Shown: positions 57,964-64,000 of the stretch, piece by piece
How the letters are laid out: every line of letters begins with the position of its first letter
Numbering within the stretch: the stretch's first letter is position 1
Source of the DNA: Bacteroidota bacterium
GTDB taxonomy: Bacteria > Bacteroidota > Bacteroidia > Bacteroidales > BM520
Assembly: GCA_002748065.1 (NCBI GenBank)
Contig: PDRJ01000041.1
Location: 17,448-81,447 of the forward strand
Direction: 5' to 3'
DNA: 64,000 nt
Translations under genes and position numbers: made by a program
The notes under the pieces: model-generated
What the model saw: only the letters and a program-made list of their open reading frames with translations
What the model was told of the DNA's origin: nothing
Database searches by the model: none

Positions 57964-58833
57964 TTACTCTTGATCAAACGAAGCCTCCGCATTTTCTTTA
58001 AGCCGATAGACGTGATCCTTCACGCGTTGAGCCCATTCTCTATCGCTATATCTTTTGTCAAAAGAGGCGTAAGGAATGGGCTTTCCAATCACCATCTTCA
58101 CATTTTTATCCTCTAACCGGTAGGCTTCATCCACCAGAAACATCATTTCAATATTAAACTTTATCCGGAAGAACTTTCGAATCTTAGCCAACCGATAAAA
58201 CCGCTTTGAATTTCTTCCGTGAATATAGACCGGTATCACATCACGCTGCATACTCCTCGCCCTCGTCACGAAGGTCTTCTTCCACTCCAGGTCACAAACC
58301 ACGCCATCCCTCTTTCGGGAACAAAGCCCGGCAGGAAACATGATAATCGCTTCCTCCCCCCGAAAGGCCTTTTCCAACTGACGCACATTGGCCATATTGG
58401 ATCCTATTTTATTCACCGGCAGGAAATACTCCCGCATATTCTCCAGATACATCAAAAAATCATTGGCCGGCACCAAGATATCCTCTCTTCGTTTTCCCAC
58501 CACATTAAAAAGAGCCAACCCATCAAAACCGCCAAGGGGATGATTTGCCACCACGATAATCCGCCCCTCCCGAGGAATGTTTTCCAAGCCACTGGCAGAC
58601 ACCGAAGCGCGGAAATCCTCCAACAACATTTCAGAAAATGCAACCCCCCTACGTCCCCCCGCTCTCTTGAAAAGGTTATTCAACAAATCCAGGTGAATTA
58701 TCTTCCTCAAATAGCGCTTCAAAAAACCGGGCAATTTAGCATACAACCCGGGAGAACGAGCCTCCACCACCTCACGAAGGTCTATGGAATAAACCTGTTC
58801 CTCCTCCACAAGACAATCTTTTTTCCCTTGCAT
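57964..58833 (-). CDS. glsA: PlsC-family O-acyltransferase (GlsA type)
   Basis: NHPLGGFD and FPAGLCSR motifs; synteny with glsB. Confidence 0.72.
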   Translation of the reverse strand: MQGKKDCLVEEEQVYSIDLREVVEARSPGLYAKLPGFLKRYLRKIIHLDLLNNLFKRAGGRRGVAFSEMLLEDFRASVSASGLENIPREGRIIVVANHPLGGFDGLALFNVVGKRREDILVPANDFLMYLENMREYFLPVNKIGSNMANVRQLEKAFRGEEAIIMFPAGLCSRKRDGVVCDLEWKKTFVTRARSMQRDVIPVYIHGRNSKRFYRLAKIRKFFRIKFNIEMMFLVDEAYRLEDKNVKMVIGKPIPYASFDKRYSDREWAQRVKDHVYRLKENAEASFDQE

Positions 58834-58897
58834 CTCTCAACTATTTTTGACAAAAGTAACGAATAATCTGCAACAATATCTCTCTTTAGGCTAATTC

Positions 58898-59020
58898 ATG
58901 CCTGTACATAATGCCAGGGGGTTAAGAACCCCTGTGTAGACGGTTCCGATTTGTGGCTCGCAAAAGTCGGAAAATGAGCGTTTACAGAGCGACAAACTCC
59001 TTTTGAGGAGATGCATAACA
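58898..59020 (-). mobile_element. Degenerate MITE relic
   Basis: ctgtgtagacggttccgatttgtggctcgcaaaagtcggaaaatgagcgtttac... aligns colinearly with copy B. Confidence 0.55.
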
Positions 59021-59140
59021 TTTTCATTATTACGGATTACCCCCAAAAAATTGACCATAGAAACTTCTTTTTCAAACATCATCATCCTTTTTCTCAGATC
59101 AAAAGCCCCCCTCTTTCTACCAAAAACACCCTTTGTTGAT

Positions 59141-59176
59141 AAAAAAGTGGTAAAAAGTGGTAAAAAGTGGTAAAAA
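59141..59176 (+). promoter_or_regulatory. MraZ-binding direct repeats (dcw promoter)
   Basis: Three AAAAAGTGGT units at 10-bp period directly upstream of mraZ. Confidence 0.8.
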
Positions 59177-59202
59177 ATACCCTATCTTTACCCTTTGAAA
59201 AA

Positions 59203-59658
59203 ATGGAGACTAGTCTATTCATCAGCGAGAATCATGGGTGCAAGATCGATTCAAAAGGTCGTGTACTTCTTCCTGCAAAGCTAAAGAAGCAGCTTGCAGG
59301 GAGTTTGGATGATGGATTTGTCTTAAAACGCAGCGTGTTCAACAACTGTCTTGAACTATACCCCATGCAAGAGTGGAAGAAAGAGATTGCAGGAATTGAT
59401 AAGCTGAACCGTTTTGTGGAGAAGAATGTACGATTTATCCGCCGTTTCATGGCCGGTGTAACGATTGTTGAGTTGGATAACCAAGATCGTTTTTTGATTC
59501 CCAAAGAGTTGATCAAGGTAGCCTCTCTAAAAAAAGAGATTATGCTCTCTTCAGCGGTAACAAAAATTGAGATATGGGATAAGGATCTTTACGAACAAGA
59601 TCTTGCCGATATCGATGACTTCAAGTCCCTTGCAGAGGAGGTAATGGGAGATCTTTAA
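59203..59658 (+). CDS. mraZ: Transcriptional regulator MraZ
   Basis: KIDSKGRVLLP, LDNQDRFLIP and IEIWD motifs; first gene of the dcw cluster. Confidence 0.93.
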   Translation: METSLFISENHGCKIDSKGRVLLPAKLKKQLAGSLDDGFVLKRSVFNNCLELYPMQEWKKEIAGIDKLNRFVEKNVRFIRRFMAGVTIVELDNQDRFLIPKELIKVASLKKEIMLSSAVTKIEIWDKDLYEQDLADIDDFKSLAEEVMGDL

Positions 59659-59672
59659 TCAAAAAACAGACG

Positions 59673-60566
59673 ATGTATCATAAACCTGTCATGCTTCAAG
59701 AGTGTATCGACGCATTAAACATACGTCCCAATGGGATATACGTGGATGCTACTTTTGGTGGTGGCGGGCATGCAAAGGCAATTTTGGAGCACCTTTCTGA
59801 CGGCAAGCTATTCGCCTTTGACAGGGATCCTGATGCCATTGCCCGCCACACGGGCGATGAGCGACTAACCCTCATCCAGCAAGACTATCGTTACATGTTG
59901 CACTACCTCACCTTTCACCGGGCCATCCCTGTAGATGGCATTCTCGCAGACCTGGGAATCTCAAGCCATCAAATTGACCGTCCGGAGAGAGGATTCTCCA
60001 CCCGCTACGAAGCACAGCTTGACATGCGCATGGATCAAAAAGGGGCACGCACTGCGGCAGACCTCCTCAACAGGGCCTCCCTCGAGGAGCTCAGCCATCT
60101 CTTCAAGCAATATGGAGAGGTAAAGAATGCGTACAATTTAGCGAAGAAGATCGTTGCAACACGTAACCATACCCCCATAACCACCACACAGCAGTTGAAC
60201 GAAATTGCCGCGCCCTTCTCCCCAAAGAAGAACCCGTCCAAATACCTGGCACAAGTTTATCAAGCGCTTCGTATTGAAGTAAACGACGAACTAAATGGAC
60301 TAAAGGAACTTCTCCGGCAGGCGGAACAGGTGTTGGCCAAGGGGGGACGTCTGGTGCTGATGAGCTACCACTCCTTAGAAGATCGGTTGGTAAAGAATTT
60401 CCTCAAAACGGGAAACTTTGAAGGAGTATTACAGAAAGATTTTTTTGGCAATGTGATTGCCCCCTTTCAAGCAACACAAGGAAGGGTAATTACCGCTTCC
60501 GAAGAGGAGGTTGCGGAGAACCCAAGATCACGGAGTGCACGATTACGAATAGGAGTAAAACAGTAG
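59673..60566 (+). CDS. rsmH: 16S rRNA (cytosine1402-N4)-methyltransferase
   Basis: HKPVM, DATFGGGGH, DLGISSHQ and YHSLEDRLVK motifs. Confidence 0.96.
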   Translation: MYHKPVMLQECIDALNIRPNGIYVDATFGGGGHAKAILEHLSDGKLFAFDRDPDAIARHTGDERLTLIQQDYRYMLHYLTFHRAIPVDGILADLGISSHQIDRPERGFSTRYEAQLDMRMDQKGARTAADLLNRASLEELSHLFKQYGEVKNAYNLAKKIVATRNHTPITTTQQLNEIAAPFSPKKNPSKYLAQVYQALRIEVNDELNGLKELLRQAEQVLAKGGRLVLMSYHSLEDRLVKNFLKTGNFEGVLQKDFFGNVIAPFQATQGRVITASEEEVAENPRSRSARLRIGVKQ

Positions 60567-60935
60567 ATGAATCAATTTAAGCAACATAGCAAGAAGGAGC
60601 AGCCGGGTTCAAGCGGGGGATCTTTTGCGACACACATGCGCAAAGCGATGGAGTTCACCTCCCATCGTCCATCGAAGAATGCCGTATTCCTCTCCATCAC
60701 CCTTTGTATTCTGGGCATCATCTATATCATGAACGCATACAAAGCCGAAAAGAAGGCCATTGAGATCAACAAGCTAACCGTTGAAAACAAGGAGTTACGT
60801 GCGGAATACCTCCTTTTGAAAAGCAAGATGATGTACTATAGCAGCCAGGGGAACCTGGCGCGCAAGCTTCAAGAGCGGGGCATAAAAGAGGCGATGAATC
60901 CTCCCACAAAGATCACCAAAAAAACAGAAGAGTAG
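60567..60935 (+). CDS. ftsL: FtsL-like cell division protein
   Basis: Single TM helix plus coiled coil (KELRAEY); lies between rsmH and ftsI. Confidence 0.8.
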   Translation: MNQFKQHSKKEQPGSSGGSFATHMRKAMEFTSHRPSKNAVFLSITLCILGIIYIMNAYKAEKKAIEINKLTVENKELRAEYLLLKSKMMYYSSQGNLARKLQERGIKEAMNPPTKITKKTEE

Positions 60936-60939
60936 CACC

Positions 60940-63048
60940 ATGGGAAAACAGCGAAGCTCCATATCGACCCAAAGCTACCTGGTATTTGCCGCCATCGCAA
61001 TTATCGCATTGGTGATTTTTGCCAGGGTATTCTACCTTTTTCTCGGGCCGGGATCAGATCTTCGCGCTATGGCCGAAAAAAACGCCTATCGTTCCAGGGA
61101 GGTAACCGGCATCAGGGGCAACATTTTTAGTACCGACGGGGAACTCATTGCCACGTCTGTTCCGGTCTTCTCCCTCCATTGGGACTACAAAGTGATCCGA
61201 GACAGCCTCCCCGCCCCCTACTACGACACCCTCTCTTCGGGCCTGGCCTCTGTATTTCCTAAAACAAAAGGCCATTTTCTCCAACTCCTGGAGAAGGCAC
61301 GATCCACCAACAATCGATACCTCAAGATCTACCACGAGGCAAGTTATGAACAACTCAAAAAACTGAAACAGCAGCCTCTCTTTTGCCAGGGACGCTACAA
61401 AAGTGGGCTCATTGCCGAGGCCTTCTACCGGAGGGAATATCCTTATCAGGAATTAGCGCTTCGCACCATTGGGCGATACAAAGAACAGGCAAAAGAAAAC
61501 AGCGTAGGCATAGAAGGAGCTTACAACCATTTCCTTTCGGGTGAGAAGATCTCACGCTTGGAGAAGCGCATCTCCGGGGGTATGTACCGCCCCATAGAGT
61601 TCAACGACAACGTGGAACCACATAACGGCTACGATATCATCACCACACTAAACATGAAGTATCAAGATGTGGCGGAGAATGCATTACGTCGCCATCTCAC
61701 GGAGCACAAAGCCACCGAAGGCTGTGCCGTACTCATGGAGGTACACACCGGCCATATCCTCGCCATTGCCAATCTCTCCACAAGAACAGGAAGGGAGAAT
61801 CAATGGAGTAGCACATTCGATGAGTCCTACAACGTGGCACTGGGCGGATCCATGGAGCCGGGCTCCACCTTCAAACTGGCTACGACCCTGGCCCTATTGG
61901 ATGATGAGAAGGCCGATATCAATGACACGGTCATCATCACCAACGGAGTCAAGTACTACCACCGGCAAAAAATGATCGACTCACACATTGAGAAAGGAAA
62001 ATTCACCTTCACCCTCAAAACAGCCTTTAAGGAGTCTTCCAACGCCGCCATCTCATGGTTTGCCTATAAGCATTATAACGATCATCCGGAGGCATTCATC
62101 AAGAAGCTAAAACAGTTTAACCTAATGCAAAAACAGGGTATTGAGATTGCCGGGGAGCCAACGCCCCTCATCAAAGATACCAAAGATCCCCAATGGTCGG
62201 GCGTCAGCCTACCCTGGATGGCCATAGGATACGAACTGTTATTAACGCCCCTGCAAGTGCTGGGTTTCTACAACGCTGTGGCCAATAATGGAACCTACGT
62301 AAAACCGCTCTTAGTTAAACAGATTCGTGAGGGAGATCAGGTTATCGAAGAGTACGACACGGAGATCCTTAAAAACAGGATTGCCGGAAAGGAGGCACTA
62401 TCCAAAGCACAGAAGCTACTGGAAGAGGTGGTAAGGGATGGGACTGCCGAACGAGCATTTATAAACAACCCCTACCCGGTAGCCGGAAAGACTGGGACGG
62501 CACAGATTTATACGACGCATGGCTATAGCAAAAAGGAGTATAACGCCTCCTTTGTGGGCTATTTCCCTGCTGATAACCCCAAATACTCCTGTATTGTAAC
62601 CGTGAATCATCCCAAAGCAGGAAGGTATTATGCCTCTTCAGTGGCCGTGCCGGTGTTTAAGGAGATTGCCAATAAAGTTTACGCCTCCGACCTCTCCATC
62701 CATAAGGACCTCACCGACACGGTATCACGCTATAGCACATGGGCATACGGCTATACGGATGACCTCAGAGAGATTCTCTCTACGATGCACTATCCGGCAA
62801 TGAGGGATTCCAGCACCTGGACCAGCCTCACCCTCAAACCCAGGAAGGAGATTGTCACCCAAAAAAGCCAACCCCAACGGGGAGTGATTCCCAACCTTTT
62901 GGGACTAGGACTGCGCGACGCTATCTACATGGCGGAAAATACAGGCATGAAGGTCAAGATCACAGGGGAGGGCAAAGTGAAAAAACAAATCCCCAAAGCC
63001 GGGACAAAAATAGATCCATCACAGACCATATCCATAACACTACAATAA
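60940..63048 (+). CDS. ftsI: Penicillin-binding transpeptidase FtsI with PASTA domain
   Basis: RGNIFS, EPGSTFK, SSN and KTGTAQ motifs; C-terminal PASTA domain. Confidence 0.92.
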   Translation: MGKQRSSISTQSYLVFAAIAIIALVIFARVFYLFLGPGSDLRAMAEKNAYRSREVTGIRGNIFSTDGELIATSVPVFSLHWDYKVIRDSLPAPYYDTLSSGLASVFPKTKGHFLQLLEKARSTNNRYLKIYHEASYEQLKKLKQQPLFCQGRYKSGLIAEAFYRREYPYQELALRTIGRYKEQAKENSVGIEGAYNHFLSGEKISRLEKRISGGMYRPIEFNDNVEPHNGYDIITTLNMKYQDVAENALRRHLTEHKATEGCAVLMEVHTGHILAIANLSTRTGRENQWSSTFDESYNVALGGSMEPGSTFKLATTLALLDDEKADINDTVIITNGVKYYHRQKMIDSHIEKGKFTFTLKTAFKESSNAAISWFAYKHYNDHPEAFIKKLKQFNLMQKQGIEIAGEPTPLIKDTKDPQWSGVSLPWMAIGYELLLTPLQVLGFYNAVANNGTYVKPLLVKQIREGDQVIEEYDTEILKNRIAGKEALSKAQKLLEEVVRDGTAERAFINNPYPVAGKTGTAQIYTTHGYSKKEYNASFVGYFPADNPKYSCIVTVNHPKAGRYYASSVAVPVFKEIANKVYASDLSIHKDLTDTVSRYSTWAYGYTDDLREILSTMHYPAMRDSSTWTSLTLKPRKEIVTQKSQPQRGVIPNLLGLGLRDAIYMAENTGMKVKITGEGKVKKQIPKAGTKIDPSQTISITLQ

Positions 63049-63049
63049 A

Positions 63050-64000
63050 ATGCAACAACCGAAAGAGATATTCATACATAGCCGGGTGGTCAAGGTTCTT
63101 GGCCAGTGGAAAGGAATGCCCAGAGGGGTTTGCATTGACTCAAGGAAGGTTCGGGAAGGATGGGCTTTTGTAGCCATCAAAGGGACATTGACCGACGGAC
63201 ACCAATACATTAGCCAAGCGATCGCCCAAGGAGCGACCACCCTCATCTGTGAAAAAGAGCCCAAGGAGGCGTTTCCTGAGTCGACCTGTGTTGTGGTGGT
63301 TGAAAAGAGCAGTGTTGCCGCGGGAGAACTTGCCGCTGCCTTTTACAAACACCCGTCCAAACAGCTCAAATTGGTAGGCGTCACCGGAACAAATGGAAAA
63401 ACCACCATCGCCACCCTGCTACACCATCTCTTCACTGCATTGGGGTACAAAACAGGCCTGATCAGCACCATCCACAATAAAATTGGGGAGCGGGTGCTAC
63501 CCTCAACCCATACCACTCCCGACGCTATCACCCTTCAAGCTACCATCGCCGACATGGTGGCAGAAAACTGCTCCTATTGCTTTATGGAGGTAAGCAGTCA
63601 TGCCATTGCACAAGATCGGGTGGCGGGGCTCTCCTTCGACGGGGGGATCTTCACCAACCTAACCCATGACCATTTGGATTATCATAAAACGTTCAGTGCC
63701 TACCTCAGCGCCAAGAAATCCTTTTTTGATCACCTTCCTCACACAGCCTTCGCCCTTACCAATGCAGATGACAAGAATGGCCTGGTAATGACGCAAAATA
63801 CAACCGCAACCGTGAAGCGGTATGGCGTACGCAACATGGCTGACTTTAAGACAAAGATTCTGGAGAACAGCTTTACGGGGTTGCACCTCAACCTTGACCA
63901 AACAGAATTATGGAGTAGGTTGTGTGGTAGTTTCAATGCCTGGAATCTAACGGCCGTTTATGGGGCAGCTGTCCTTTTAGGACAACAGAAAGAAGAGATT
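63050..64000 (+). CDS. murE: UDP-N-acetylmuramoyl-tripeptide ligase MurE (truncated at window end)
   Basis: Translated from ATG 63050: DSRKV, GVTGTNGKTT, HTTPD, MEVSSHA and FTNLTHDHLDYH motifs. Confidence 0.93.
   Translation, partial: MQQPKEIFIHSRVVKVLGQWKGMPRGVCIDSRKVREGWAFVAIKGTLTDGHQYISQAIAQGATTLICEKEPKEAFPESTCVVVVEKSSVAAGELAAAFYKHPSKQLKLVGVTGTNGKTTIATLLHHLFTALGYKTGLISTIHNKIGERVLPSTHTTPDAITLQATIADMVAENCSYCFMEVSSHAIAQDRVAGLSFDGGIFTNLTHDHLDYHKTFSAYLSAKKSFFDHLPHTAFALTNADDKNGLVMTQNTTATVKRYGVRNMADFKTKILENSFTGLHLNLDQTELWSRLCGSFNAWNLTAVYGAAVLLGQQKEEI

Overview
Chromosomal window from an anaerobic Bacteroidota (Bacteroidales-like) bacterium, judged from TAnnTTTG promoter elements, T9SS cargo genes and the glsAB-mraZ-dcw arrangement. 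Most of it is housekeeping: pepC, xseAB, mutS, mutS2, folK, sppA, nifJ, sdaA, an acyl-CoA carboxylase pair, yihA, glsAB, the start of the dcw cluster and a tRNA Gly-Leu-Gly operon. Two accessory regions stand out. (1) An ~18-kb heme/iron island (6.9-25.4 kb) holds an expanded hmu operon (hmuR-hmuY-PepSY-hmuS-T-U-V), a second HmuY-like lipoprotein with its own TonB-dependent receptor, a hemerythrin + CdhR-like LuxR pair and flavodoxin. Three promoters there share paired 18-bp boxes spaced 32 bp apart. (2) A four-gene module (44.3-51.2 kb) encodes an ECF sigma factor, a membrane TPR anti-sigma candidate, a T9SS-secreted dockerin+cohesin protein and an exported, membrane-anchored TPR-CHAT caspase-like protease. 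This is the best candidate for an undescribed protease-gated signalling system. The window also has a MITE family (18-bp TIRs, 6-bp TAnnTA target duplications) and two heptamer-array elements with a shared tail. No CRISPR array, rRNA or transposase was seen. All calls come from reading motifs by eye; no searches were run.
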